From contig CAZTQY010000001.1 in assembly GCA_964616425.1 (NCBI GenBank), positions 23,008-87,007 on the forward strand: a DNA stretch of 64,000 nucleotides, read 5' to 3'. This stretch comes from an uncultured Candidatus Saccharibacteria bacterium. GTDB lineage: Bacteria > Patescibacteriota > Minisyncoccia > Phycocordibacterales > DATDWN01. A model generated the notes under the pieces. It was not told the origin of the DNA. It saw only the letters and a list, made by a program, of their open reading frames with translations, and ran no database searches. Below, piece after piece: positions 1 to 9,687 of this stretch. A program made the position numbers and the translations under genes. How positions within the stretch are numbered: the first letter of the stretch is position 1; the number at the start of each line of letters is the position of its first letter.

Positions 1-310
1 CTTTTATAACTAGTCCTGCACCAAGAACAAACTGGAATGGCTCACCTCTTGAGACAGAGCTATCGAAAACTGTTCCATCTACAAACCTTCCAGTGTAGTG
101 CACAACTACCCTATTGCCAGATTCCGCTAAATCACCAGTTCCGATGACTTCATCATTTATTAACAGCCGTGATTGTGTCGACATTGTATTTATATTATTT
201 TCTGAGTTACTAAATATTGAAATTAATGTTTGACCAAAAACAAAGAAGAAACCAACAACAAAGACAGCTATTACTGTTGCTATCCATTCTTTTTGACTTA
301 ATTTTTTCAT
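1..310 (-). CDS. FKBP-type peptidyl-prolyl cis-trans isomerase with N-terminal membrane anchor (3' end runs off the window)
   Basis: Manual translation from ATG at 310: MKKLSQKEW...[36 protein letters not shown], the FKBP signature. Confidence 0.9.
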   Translation of the reverse strand, partial: MKKLSQKEWIATVIAVFVVGFFFVFGQTLISIFSNSENNINTMSTQSRLLINDEVIGTGDLAESGNRVVVHYTGRFVDGTVFDSSVSRGEPFQFVLGAGLVIK

Positions 311-373
311 ATAGATAGTATATTATGCAAAATCTTTAATGTAAATTAGGAAAACTTAGTAAAGACCTATATA

Positions 374-1156
374 ATGCCAAACATGGCAAAACCTAAAAAA
401 GTCGCACCAAAAGCTCCGGATACTTACCCTATGCGTATCAACAAATACCTGGCACACAAAGGCCTGGCTACTCGCACAGGAGTAGATGAACTAATAAAAA
501 GTAATAAAATCCTGATAAACGGAGTTATCGCTAAACTTGGTGACAAAGTAAAAGAAACAGACAAAGTAGAAGTTAGAGGAGTTCATAATAAGAAATATAT
601 TTATCTTGCATACAACAAAGGTATGGGTATTGTTAGCACGAATCCTCAAGGTGACGAGAAAAGTATTATGGACAATGTAAAAGTATCTGCCCTGCCCGCA
701 GATGCTACGCGACCAGCGTTGCAGGCGGGAAAAGTTTTCCCTATTGGTAGACTAGATAAAGAGTCTCATGGACTAATTATCTTAACTGATGATGGACGTG
801 TTACTGATAGACTACTTTCTCCAGACAAAAATCACGAGAAAGAATACTTAGTCAAACTTGATCGCAAATACACACCAGGTTTTGTCAGAAACATGCAAGA
901 AGGTGTGAACCTTACAGATGGCATGACAAAACCAGCCAAAGTTGAAGAGGTTGATGATATACGCTTCAAACTCACATTAACTGAAGGCCGAAATAGACAA
1001 ATACGAAGGATGGCAGAAAAACTAGGTTTTACAGTTAGAGATCTCCAAAGAATCCGGATTCAAAATATTGAACTCGACAAACTACCATTGAACTCTTATA
1101 GAGAAATAAAAGGAGATGAAAAGGCTGAATTTCTTAAAAGTATAGGTCTGGAATAA
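374..1156 (+). CDS. rRNA pseudouridine synthase (RsuA/RluB/RluF family) with S4 domain
   Basis: MRINKYLA S4 start, GRLDKES catalytic motif, EGRNRQIRRM. Confidence 0.93.
   Translation: MPNMAKPKKVAPKAPDTYPMRINKYLAHKGLATRTGVDELIKSNKILINGVIAKLGDKVKETDKVEVRGVHNKKYIYLAYNKGMGIVSTNPQGDEKSIMDNVKVSALPADATRPALQAGKVFPIGRLDKESHGLIILTDDGRVTDRLLSPDKNHEKEYLVKLDRKYTPGFVRNMQEGVNLTDGMTKPAKVEEVDDIRFKLTLTEGRNRQIRRMAEKLGFTVRDLQRIRIQNIELDKLPLNSYREIKGDEKAEFLKSIGLE
691..729 (+). repeat. 39-bp GC-rich palindromic element inserted in frame (copy 1)
   Basis: cctgcccgcagatgctacgcgaccagcgttgcaggcggg, 35/39 identical to the reverse complement of 2201-2239; read as LPADATRPALQAG. Confidence 0.85.
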
Positions 1157-1195
1157 GTTCTTGCAGTAATACCATTACCAAAGTAAAATAAAAGC

Positions 1196-1984
1196 ATGTC
1201 AGAAGATCAAATCACAGTAGTTTCTCAAAATGAACCAGTTATAGAAATACCGATAGACGTCGAAAAGGAAGTTATAAATGTTCCCCCAAAAGAATCCCCA
1301 GTAGAAATACTTACGAGACAGGAACTCCATGATACCGCAGTAGAAAGAGTACATTTAATATCAAAAGAGTTTACTGATGCATTTAACTTTTTAAGAAAAT
1401 ATCCTAAATCTGTAACATTTTTTGGAGGTAGCCATTTTAAAGAATCAGACAAGGAATATCACAAAGCACATGAACTTGGTGCAAAAATCGCCAACGAACT
1501 AAGTTACTCAGTTGTTACAGGTGGAGGTCCTGGGATAATGGAAGCAGCAAACAGAGGAGCATTTGAAAGTGAAGGTCAATCTATTGGATTAACAATCGAA
1601 CTATCCAAGCATCAAATAAAAAATGCTTATTTAACCGACAACTTAGATTTTTACTATTTCTTTAGTAGAAAAGTTTGCTTGTCATTTTCAGCGGAGGCAT
1701 ATGTATTTTTCCCAGGTGGTTTCGGAACTTTTGATGAATTCTTTGAAATTGTAACATTGGTACAAACTAAAAAAATAGAGAGAGTTCCAATAATATGTGT
1801 GGGGTCAGATTTTTGGAGTCCATTTCATGAACTAATGAAAAAAGAAATGTTGTCTCGCGGAACTATCGGCGAAGACGACTTGGAACTATATAAAATATTA
1901 GATGATACAGATGAGATAATTAAAGCTATTAAAAACTCTCCAGTCAAAAATGGAATAAAGTTTAACCACAACGCTCACCAATAA
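1196..1984 (+). CDS. LOG family (TIGR00730-like) Rossmann-fold protein
   Basis: VVTGGGPGIMEAANRGA and FPGGFGTFDEFFE motifs. Confidence 0.9.
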   Translation: MSEDQITVVSQNEPVIEIPIDVEKEVINVPPKESPVEILTRQELHDTAVERVHLISKEFTDAFNFLRKYPKSVTFFGGSHFKESDKEYHKAHELGAKIANELSYSVVTGGGPGIMEAANRGAFESEGQSIGLTIELSKHQIKNAYLTDNLDFYYFFSRKVCLSFSAEAYVFFPGGFGTFDEFFEIVTLVQTKKIERVPIICVGSDFWSPFHELMKKEMLSRGTIGEDDLELYKILDDTDEIIKAIKNSPVKNGIKFNHNAHQ

Positions 1985-2014
1985 AATAACCCGCCAAATG
2001 GCGGGTTATTTTAT
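1981..2014. terminator. Bidirectional intrinsic terminator between convergent genes
   Basis: ataaaataacccgcca-aa-tggcgggttattttat perfect inverted repeat. Confidence 0.85.
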
Positions 2015-2265
2015 TTCTGTATCTCTTTCTTTATCTCCTTGAATTCGTTTTCGATTTCAGAAAGTCGTTCTCGAGATGTTTTTATCAACTCTGCGCCCTC
2101 TTTTACATACTCTAGACCCTTTTCAACGTCTAGTTCTGACTGAGACTCAAACCATGAAACAATTTCAGCAAGTTTCTTTAGAGAATCTTTTAAATTTGCC
2201 CCCGCCTGCAACGCTTTATGCGTAGCATCTGCGGGCAGGTCACCTATAGTTTTTTTTGTTACCAT
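2011..2265 (-). CDS. xseB: Exodeoxyribonuclease VII small subunit
   Basis: LKKLAEIVSWFE...LDVEKGLEYVKEG pattern, directly after xseA. Confidence 0.85.
   Translation of the reverse strand: MVTKKTIGDLPADATHKALQAGANLKDSLKKLAEIVSWFESQSELDVEKGLEYVKEGAELIKTSRERLSEIENEFKEIKKEIQK
2201..2239 (-). repeat. 39-bp GC-rich palindromic element inserted in frame (copy 2)
   Basis: Minus strand cctgcccgcagatgctacgcataaagcgttgcaggcggg, read as LPADATHKALQAG in XseB. Confidence 0.85.
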
Positions 2266-2266
2266 A

Positions 2267-3430
2267 TTATTTTGTTATTGCCTTTATAATACCGTCTTTA
2301 ACTGATACGTCCAGCTCCTCTCCACTTTTTACATCCTTTATACTTTTTACTATTTTACCACCAACTTTTACAATACTATATCCATATGCCAACTGTCTTT
2401 CAGGATTTGAGATATCTAGCATTTTTTTTGACTGAGTAATGAAATCCATACTATTTTCTAACATGGTAGAGAATGCCCTAACTATTTCAATACCAATGTT
2501 CGAAACTCGATCAGAAACTCTTTTTATACTACTTTCCATATGAACAATAGAATTTTCAACCGCAGACTGTTTTTCTTTTAGCACAGCTTGAAACTTTGAA
2601 AAAATTCTTTCTTCACCAAGTTTTACCAGAGACAATGCATCATTCCAAGTTGAGTTGAGTAGATTTGCAACAGCAGTTGGTGTTGAAACATTTCTATCAG
2701 AAACCATTGAGACCAAAGGTTCATCCTTATCGTGACCGATTCCAGTTAAAACAGGTACTGGGAAATCAGCTACAGCACGAACCAAAACTTCGTTATTAAA
2801 TGCCTGAAATGACTCCAGAGAACCACCCCCTCTCATTATCACAAGTACATCAATATCTTTGGTTTTAAGGGTATCTATGGCCCCCAGAAGGTCCTTTATA
2901 GCATCCACACCTTCCACTTTTGAATCAACAAAAAGTATCTCATAACCAAACTTACCTATGTTAGTTAAAAAGTCGTTTATTACCGCTCCGCTCTTTGAAG
3001 TTATAACCCCTACTTTATGCGGATACATAGGTATCTCTCTTTTTTTTGTAACAGCAAATAAACCCTCTTTTTCAAGTTTTAGTTTTAACTGATCATATGC
3101 CATTTTCAAAGCGCCTTCACCAACCAACTCAACAGACTCTATTTGCATTGTCAGACCTCCGTTTGGTTTATAAATACTTGGGTAAGCAGTTACTATCACC
3201 TCTAGGCCATCTTTCAAGGCCACTCCTGACAGAGTAAAATCCCTCTTCCACATAAAACACTTTAGAGTCGATTGGTCTTTTGTATCTTTTATATTGAAAT
3301 ATAGATACGAACGACCTTCATACATCTGAACTCCAGAAACTTCACCAATGATTCTCGCACCCTCTTGTTTTAAAGTAGAGTTTAACTTATCTAAATATAA
3401 ACTAACTGAAATAATATCTTTATCTTTCAT
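2267..3430 (-). CDS. xseA: Exodeoxyribonuclease VII large subunit
   Basis: OB-fold N-terminus, VIMRGGGSLE, TGIGHDKD and STPTAVA motifs. Confidence 0.95.
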   Translation of the reverse strand: MKDKDIISVSLYLDKLNSTLKQEGARIIGEVSGVQMYEGRSYLYFNIKDTKDQSTLKCFMWKRDFTLSGVALKDGLEVIVTAYPSIYKPNGGLTMQIESVELVGEGALKMAYDQLKLKLEKEGLFAVTKKREIPMYPHKVGVITSKSGAVINDFLTNIGKFGYEILFVDSKVEGVDAIKDLLGAIDTLKTKDIDVLVIMRGGGSLESFQAFNNEVLVRAVADFPVPVLTGIGHDKDEPLVSMVSDRNVSTPTAVANLLNSTWNDALSLVKLGEERIFSKFQAVLKEKQSAVENSIVHMESSIKRVSDRVSNIGIEIVRAFSTMLENSMDFITQSKKMLDISNPERQLAYGYSIVKVGGKIVKSIKDVKSGEELDVSVKDGIIKAITK

Positions 3431-4034
3431 TTTTTCTCTTTATAGCCATTACATATTCGTATATTGATGGAGAAAGTGAAACCAATATAATCAAAATAAC
3501 CATATAGTGTAGATATTTTTCAACGCCAGGAATAGTTCTGCCCAAATAAAAACCAATCGTTGTTATGCCTATTGTCCAAAGCACCCCTCCGATAAGAGAA
3601 TCTCGATTAAATTTCTTAAATGGCATCTTTACTGCACCAGCAAATGTTGGAGAAAAAGATCTAACAATTGGAACAAAACGACCTATGATTATAGTTTTGT
3701 CACCGTATTTATCATAAAACTCTTTTGTGTATTCTAGATGCTTTTTTTTGAACCAATACCTGTCATTGCTTTTCAATATAAAGTCACGAAGTCTCTCTCC
3801 CATAAAGTAACTAAAATTGTAACCCAAAATACTAGCTACAAATAAACTAGTCAAAAGTAGTGGCATATTAAAATAACCCTGGGAAGCAAGAAAACCTGTC
3901 GTAAATAATAGAGAATCACCTGGAAGATAAAATGTCATCGGAAATGACTCGAGAAATATGATCAAAAATAAAATAAAATAAGCATAATAGCCAACATCCT
4001 TTATAAGGTTTATTAAATGTTCCATGAAGGACAT
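3420..4034 (-). CDS. DedA/VTT family membrane protein (start probably 4034 or 4025, not 4115)
   Basis: LPGDSLLFTTG and GRFVPIVRSF motifs. Confidence 0.9.
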   Translation of the reverse strand: MSFMEHLINLIKDVGYYAYFILFLIIFLESFPMTFYLPGDSLLFTTGFLASQGYFNMPLLLTSLFVASILGYNFSYFMGERLRDFILKSNDRYWFKKKHLEYTKEFYDKYGDKTIIIGRFVPIVRSFSPTFAGAVKMPFKKFNRDSLIGGVLWTIGITTIGFYLGRTIPGVEKYLHYMVILIILVSLSPSIYEYVMAIKRKNER

Positions 4035-4126
4035 TGTAATAGAAATTTTACATAAAGGAAACTCCGCACGTTTTGACGGAACGTGGAAGTCCCCAAAACG
4101 TGCGGAGTGAACCAAACTGCGACCGA

Positions 4127-4258
4127 CTAGGCGTTGAGCATCATTGCGACTCCAATGATGACCAGGACGACGAGCAGGACGACCCAGAGCTTTCCTGAGT
4201 GTCGTTCGCTGGTCGAAGTCGTACCAGTCTCCACTGACGATCTTGAAATTGAGTTCAT
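4127..4258 (-). CDS. Small 43-aa single-TM protein
   Basis: GGAGG SD before ATG at 4258, C-terminal hydrophobic helix, GC-richer than flanks, hairpin at 4061-4108 downstream. Confidence 0.55.
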   Translation of the reverse strand: MNSISRSSVETGTTSTSERHSGKLWVVLLVVLVIIGVAMMLNA

Positions 4259-4365
4259 ACCGTCCTCCCTATATAAAATACTAGACCTTTTGAAATCTAG
4301 AGTCAACAATAAAACCTTATGGTTTAACATAAGGCTTTATTGTGTTTAATATGTTTTTATGACAG

Positions 4366-5634
4366 TTACTCGATGAATGTAAGTGCTTTGCCTTTCTTTC
4401 CAGCTCGTCCTGTTCGGCCTATTCGGTGCACATAGTCCTCATATGTAGCTGGAATATCGAAGTTAATAACATGAGATACTCCAGAGATATCCAAACCTCT
4501 AGCAGCAACATCTGTCGCAACTAATACCTGAGCTTTATCATCTTTGAAAGTTTTAAGTGCTCTCTGTCGCGCTGACTGATTTTTATCACCATGAATAGAC
4601 TCAGCCTTGAAACCACGCGCATTTAACATTGTTGTTAGTTTTTCAACTCCATGCTTTGTTCTTCCGAAAATCAGAACTTTGCTGAACTCTGGCTGTACAA
4701 GCATTGTATGTAAAATATCAAGCTTATTGTCGCCTCTGTTTACTCTCACAACATCCTGATCAACATTTTTTGATGTATCTTGTGTTTTTACAGATATCAT
4801 TACTGGATTTTTCAAGAAATCTTTTATAAGTGCAGAAATCTCTGGAGAAAGAGTCGCAGAGAAAAACAGAGTATGTCTATCTTTTGGCATCATAGCCATC
4901 ATGAACTTCATATCGTTTATGAAACCCATGTCTAGCATTCTGTCAGCTTCATCCAAAACAACTGTTTTGAAATATGAGAGATTTAAAACTTTTCTTTCGA
5001 TAAGATCCTTTAGTCTTCCTGGCGTACCTATAACAAACTCGTTTCTATATCTTAGTTGTCGTATTTGTGAACCTATTGGTGCACCTCCAACACAAACAAC
5101 AGAGTACAATTGCAAGCCTTTTATAAAATCCTTTAGTTCATCCTCTATCTGTATTGCAAGTTCACGTGTAGGACACATGATGAGTATGTTTTCTGTTGGA
5201 TTTGAAAGCACTTTGTGAATAAGTGGTATAAGAAAAGCTGCAGTTTTACCTGTACCAGTGTTTGCAATACCAACAACATCCTCACCTTTTAGTATATGCG
5301 GAATAGCCCGATCTTGGATCGGAGATGGGTCAACATAACCTTTTGTTATGATGTTATTTTTTAATCTTTCATCTATAAGAAAATCTGAGAACTTGTGCTC
5401 AGGCACAAATTGCTCAACAGTTTCAGTTATAACTGCTTTGTTAACAAACTTTGATGGATGGATACTTTGTGAAGCACCTCGGCCTCTACCACCTCCACCT
5501 CTGTTTCCTCCACGTACTGGGAACCTTGAACGTCCTCCAGAAGTAGAACCGTAAGCGCTACGAGTAGGTCTTCCTGAAAAGGAAGGTTTCTTAAATGTCC
5601 GCGAAAGGACACCTTTTTGTATTTTTGATTGCAT
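4366..5634 (-). CDS. DEAD-box RNA helicase
   Basis: TGTGKT, PTRELA, DEAD, SAT and HRIGRTGR motifs; RGG-rich N-terminus. Confidence 0.97.
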   Translation of the reverse strand: MQSKIQKGVLSRTFKKPSFSGRPTRSAYGSTSGGRSRFPVRGGNRGGGGRGRGASQSIHPSKFVNKAVITETVEQFVPEHKFSDFLIDERLKNNIITKGYVDPSPIQDRAIPHILKGEDVVGIANTGTGKTAAFLIPLIHKVLSNPTENILIMCPTRELAIQIEDELKDFIKGLQLYSVVCVGGAPIGSQIRQLRYRNEFVIGTPGRLKDLIERKVLNLSYFKTVVLDEADRMLDMGFINDMKFMMAMMPKDRHTLFFSATLSPEISALIKDFLKNPVMISVKTQDTSKNVDQDVVRVNRGDNKLDILHTMLVQPEFSKVLIFGRTKHGVEKLTTMLNARGFKAESIHGDKNQSARQRALKTFKDDKAQVLVATDVAARGLDISGVSHVINFDIPATYEDYVHRIGRTGRAGKKGKALTFIE

Positions 5635-5740
5635 TTAATTAATTGAGTGTGAGCCCGAAGGTCTCTCCATCTCAAGTTAATAAATAAAGTAGAGAAGACT
5701 CAATATGTCAACTATATACTAATTAGCCTCGTTTGTCAAA

Positions 5741-6250
5741 TTATCTAAACAGTGCCCAGGATTTTTTTGCATGATCCAGATAGTGGTCCAAACCAATCAT
5801 TCCAGCCGTTTTATGAGCAAGCATTAATAGTATTGCCAAAACCAAAAGTTGTGGATTTGTACTCACAGTTCCAGCCAAGAGATAATTCAAATTCATAAAT
5901 GCACCAAAGAATGATGCTACAAAAGTTAACGCTCCAAATATAAGTCCAAGTCCAACCAATATCTCTCCATATGTTATCGCATGAGACCAAATGTTCGCGT
6001 ACGGCAAAACTGCGTGTTGTAGAAACCATGCATACCACATTGAAACATCAGGATGCAGACCAGTAGTTTTTGTAAGAGCCCCATTTACGAATCCAGTTAT
6101 TCCAACTCCAGCTTTTTCCCCTACCCAAACAGGATTTATCAACTTTTCATAACCAGCATAAAGCCATTCCCAACCAACACATACTCTGACTATAAGCCAA
6201 ACAAAAGACAGTTTAGGGTTAGCAAAAATAGTATTTAGAAAAGTTTTCAT
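5741..6250 (-). CDS. DoxX family membrane protein
   Basis: RVCVGWEWLYAGYEK, GEILVGLGLIFG and MNLNYLLAG patterns. Confidence 0.85.
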   Translation of the reverse strand: MKTFLNTIFANPKLSFVWLIVRVCVGWEWLYAGYEKLINPVWVGEKAGVGITGFVNGALTKTTGLHPDVSMWYAWFLQHAVLPYANIWSHAITYGEILVGLGLIFGALTFVASFFGAFMNLNYLLAGTVSTNPQLLVLAILLMLAHKTAGMIGLDHYLDHAKKSWALFR

Positions 6251-6328
6251 ATTTGATTAAATAAATTAATAATTAGTTTCCTTGCAATATTAATTATATC
6301 AAGGTTTAATTCAATAGATACAAAACTT

Positions 6329-7579
6329 ATGCACAAACATACTGAAACAGAATGGGATGTAGTTGTAATCGGTGGAGGTCCAGCGGGAATGATGACTGCA
6401 GGCAGAGCCGGATCTCTTGGAAAAAAAGTACTTCTTATCGAAAAAAATGAATCCCTTGGAAAAAAACTCTTGATAACTGGAGGTGGCAGGTGCAATGTAA
6501 CAAATGCTGAACAAGAACTACGGGTTCTACTTTCAAAGTTCAAAGACTCTGACAAATTTCTTTTTTCAGCTTTTTCTCAGTTTGGAATTAAAGATACTTT
6601 AGATTTTTTCAACTCCAGAGGGATGGAGACAAAAGTTGAAGCAAACAATAGAGTCTTCCCTATTTCTAACAAAGCTGAATCCGTATGGAATGTACTACTT
6701 CAATATCTAAAAACGAACAATGTTGTAGTGCAATCAAATTGTACTGTTACAGGTTTTGAAAAAAATGGTGAAAAAATAACGAATATTGTTTTAAAAGACA
6801 AACAAAAAATCTATGCTAAGTCATTTGTACTATCAACTGGAGGCAAATCTCACCCAGAAACGGGATCAACAGGCGACGGTTTCAAATGGTTATCTGAACT
6901 TGGTCATAAAGTAACAGAACCTACTGCATCATTAGTACCTATTTCTGTTGATGATGCATGGGTAAAAACCCTGCAAGGCGTGAGTCTTGAAAATGTAAAA
7001 ATTACAGTTCTTCAAAACGAAGTAAAACAAGAAGTTAAAAAAGGTAAAATTCTTTTTACACATTTTGGATTATCTGGCCCTACAATACTTAACCTCAGCG
7101 GTGAAGTTGGAGAACTTTTGAAATACGGTGATGTTTTTCTTTCACTCGACGCTCTTCCAGATCTCGACTATGGACAACTCAACTTGAGACTACAAGACAT
7201 TTTCAAAGAAAAGAGTAATAAAAAATTTAAAAACACTTTGGATTCACTCCTCCCATTTGCTTTAGCACCAGTGTTAGTGGCGCTGTCTGGAATAGATGGA
7301 GATAAACCTTCTCACAGCATAACTAGAGAAGAAAGACTGCATCTAGTTCATGTTTTGAAGGATTTACGAGTAAAAGTTACTGGGCTACTAGGTGAAGATA
7401 AAGCAATAGTGACTTCAGGAGGAGTTTCTCTAGAAGAAGTAAACTTTAAAACTATGTCGTCTAAACTTTATTCAAATCTATATCTTGTTGGTGACATACT
7501 CAATATCGATAGACCAAGTGGTGGGTATAGTTTACAACTGTGTTGGACAACTGGTTTTGTGGCAGGAACTAGTGCCTAG
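6329..7579 (+). CDS. HI0933/YhiN-family flavoprotein (NAD(P)/FAD oxidoreductase)
   Basis: GGGPAG, GKKLLITGGGRCNVTN, LFTHFGLSGP and GGYSLQ motifs. Confidence 0.93.
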   Translation: MHKHTETEWDVVVIGGGPAGMMTAGRAGSLGKKVLLIEKNESLGKKLLITGGGRCNVTNAEQELRVLLSKFKDSDKFLFSAFSQFGIKDTLDFFNSRGMETKVEANNRVFPISNKAESVWNVLLQYLKTNNVVVQSNCTVTGFEKNGEKITNIVLKDKQKIYAKSFVLSTGGKSHPETGSTGDGFKWLSELGHKVTEPTASLVPISVDDAWVKTLQGVSLENVKITVLQNEVKQEVKKGKILFTHFGLSGPTILNLSGEVGELLKYGDVFLSLDALPDLDYGQLNLRLQDIFKEKSNKKFKNTLDSLLPFALAPVLVALSGIDGDKPSHSITREERLHLVHVLKDLRVKVTGLLGEDKAIVTSGGVSLEEVNFKTMSSKLYSNLYLVGDILNIDRPSGGYSLQLCWTTGFVAGTSA

Positions 7580-7972
7580 CTATTTTATATGGATAGTTTT
7601 TAGTTCCATTACAAGCTTTTCATAATTAGGCAAAGTTTCTCCAACCAAATCCCAAAACTTTTGTGAGTGATTAAACTGACCTCTGTGACATAACTCATGG
7701 ACAATAACATAGTCAGCAAGATGTGGTGATAACAAAGCAATCTTGTAGTTAAAGTTTAGATTGCCTTTACTAGAGCAACTCCCCCAACGACTTCTTTGAT
7801 TTCGTATAGAAACTTTTCCATAAGATAATTTGTAATGTAGGTTAAAAAATTCTAAACGATTATAAGCAAGCTCACGGGCTTTCTCTTTATACTCCAAATA
7901 CTTTTTAGAAGGTAATTTTCTTTTTACCACTCTACGTCTGACTCTTTTAAAATAGAAAAACATTTTTTTCAT
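7580..7972 (-). CDS. YgjP/M48-like metalloprotease domain protein (start probably 7972)
   Basis: RWGSCS, DYVIVHELCH and NHSQKFW; the longer ORF call extends into a repeat element. Confidence 0.85.
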   Translation of the reverse strand: MKKMFFYFKRVRRRVVKRKLPSKKYLEYKEKARELAYNRLEFFNLHYKLSYGKVSIRNQRSRWGSCSSKGNLNFNYKIALLSPHLADYVIVHELCHRGQFNHSQKFWDLVGETLPNYEKLVMELKTIHIK

Positions 7973-8005
7973 GTTATAGAAAGATAACACATATCCACGT
8001 AAAAT

Positions 8006-8195
8006 CGAATTAACTATTTTTAGAGCCTTGCACAGGAAATTAGAAAACAACGACGAACGGAAAGAAGACTGAAGCACTGTTTGAACGTAGTGAGTTTGCG
8101 AGAAGTCTCTGGAGTGAGGACGATTGTTTTCTTGATTTGCGAGCAGAGCAAAAACTCAGCAGAGTTTTATGCGAGCTGTAAAAATAGTTAATTCG
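8006..8195. mobile_element. MITE-like element, repeat family A copy 1
   Basis: Perfect 17-bp terminal inverted repeats cgaattaactattttta / taaaaatagttaattcg, flanked by TAAAAT on both sides; interior homologous to 58881-59052 (inverted). Confidence 0.7.
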
Positions 8196-8201
8196 TAAAA
8201 T

Positions 8202-9653
8202 TTACTTATCTAGTGCAAACGTCTCATCTATTCTTATCTGTTTAACAAACTCCGGCACATGAGATACAAGTATCATAGCACCTTCATATTTATCTAACGC
8301 TTCTGCAATAACAGGTATGTGTCGAAAGTTAATATGGTTTGTTGGTTCATCTAGTATCAAAAGTCCGGGCTTTTGCAAAACAAGTCTAGCAAATGCAACT
8401 AAACCTTTTTGCCCCTCAGAAAGATCACCAATTTTTGTATTAATCAGTTCACCGCTGATCAAAAAACCCGCAGCAGTTGATCGAAGTCTTTCTTCTAACT
8501 GCTCATCCATAACCTGCATTAGAGATTCACGGACGGTATGATCAAAATTTAGAGTTGAAAAGTCTTGTCTATAGTAACCAACTTTAATTCCTGGAGATAT
8601 AGTAGCGCCCTTTGCAGTTCCAGAAGCGAGCGCTTCCAAAAGAGTACTCTTTCCTATTCCATTTGGTCCAGTTAAAAGTAGATGTTCTTTTTTTCTTAAA
8701 ACGATATTACACTTCCTTGCTACAGGTTTGTGATTTTTTATCATACTAAATGAAGTAATATTTATTATTTCTCCATTAATATCTTTTTGGCACGGAATAA
8801 CAAAAGGTCGTATTGTTTTATCTTCTTTTCTTACATCGACTTTTTCTTCTTCTAGTTCCTCAGCTTTTTCTCTCATCCTTCTAGCCACAAGTCTCATCTG
8901 TCCTCCTTTATTCGCAAAAAAGTTAGCCTTGTCTTTATTTTCTTGTATCTCCTTTGCCAACTGAGCATTTTTTCTATTTTCTTTCTCTATTCTGGCCGAT
9001 ATTTCCGCTACTACATCGTAGTAATTTCCAACATATTGTTCGATTTTTCTTGTGTTAACATCGAGATATAAAACTCCATGAGTAAACGCATTTAGGAATT
9101 CTGCATCATGAGAAATAACTAAACATGTTTTTTTGTATTCTATTAGAAACTTTGTAAGGTGTTCGATTCCATCTTTATCCAAATTATTTGTTGGCTCGTC
9201 TAAAAGTAAAATATCCGGATCTTGAATTAGTGCCGAGGCAAGTAGTAATCTTGCCTGTTGACCACCTGAAAAAGATTTTACTATCCTATCTACTGGTGCA
9301 TTCAAATTAACAACATCTAATACTTTTTTGATTTTAGGATCTATATCATAAACCTTAGTTTTAAAACAATTCTGAAAGAAATCATGAACGTTCATCTCCA
9401 ACTCATTTCTAGGTATAACCTGTCGAGCAATAGCGATGCTCATCTTTTCATTTATAAAAATTTTTCCGGCCTCTGGTTTATGCGTCCGAGTAATAAGACC
9501 AAACAATGTACTTTTACCAGCACCGTTTTGACCCATGATTGTTATTTTTGTCCCAGCGCGCACGTTAAAAGACACCTCATCTAAAATAGGTTTTTTTATA
9601 CCGAAATCAAAAGAAACTTCCTCAAAACGAATTATTGATTCTCCAGAAGACAT
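8202..9653 (-). CDS. ABC-F family ATP-binding protein
   Basis: Two ABC cassettes (GQNGAGKST, LLLDEPTNNLD; GPNGIGKST, LILDEPTNH), no TM segments. Confidence 0.93.
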   Translation of the reverse strand: MSSGESIIRFEEVSFDFGIKKPILDEVSFNVRAGTKITIMGQNGAGKSTLFGLITRTHKPEAGKIFINEKMSIAIARQVIPRNELEMNVHDFFQNCFKTKVYDIDPKIKKVLDVVNLNAPVDRIVKSFSGGQQARLLLASALIQDPDILLLDEPTNNLDKDGIEHLTKFLIEYKKTCLVISHDAEFLNAFTHGVLYLDVNTRKIEQYVGNYYDVVAEISARIEKENRKNAQLAKEIQENKDKANFFANKGGQMRLVARRMREKAEELEEEKVDVRKEDKTIRPFVIPCQKDINGEIINITSFSMIKNHKPVARKCNIVLRKKEHLLLTGPNGIGKSTLLEALASGTAKGATISPGIKVGYYRQDFSTLNFDHTVRESLMQVMDEQLEERLRSTAAGFLISGELINTKIGDLSEGQKGLVAFARLVLQKPGLLILDEPTNHINFRHIPVIAEALDKYEGAMILVSHVPEFVKQIRIDETFALDK

Positions 9654-9687
9654 AGATTATCACTGTACAGTAGTTGGAGACAAAAAT

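Noticed and set aside
7973-8077. N-terminal extension of the M48-like ORF, and ORF 58877..59110
   Set aside because: Both are read through copies of repeat family A
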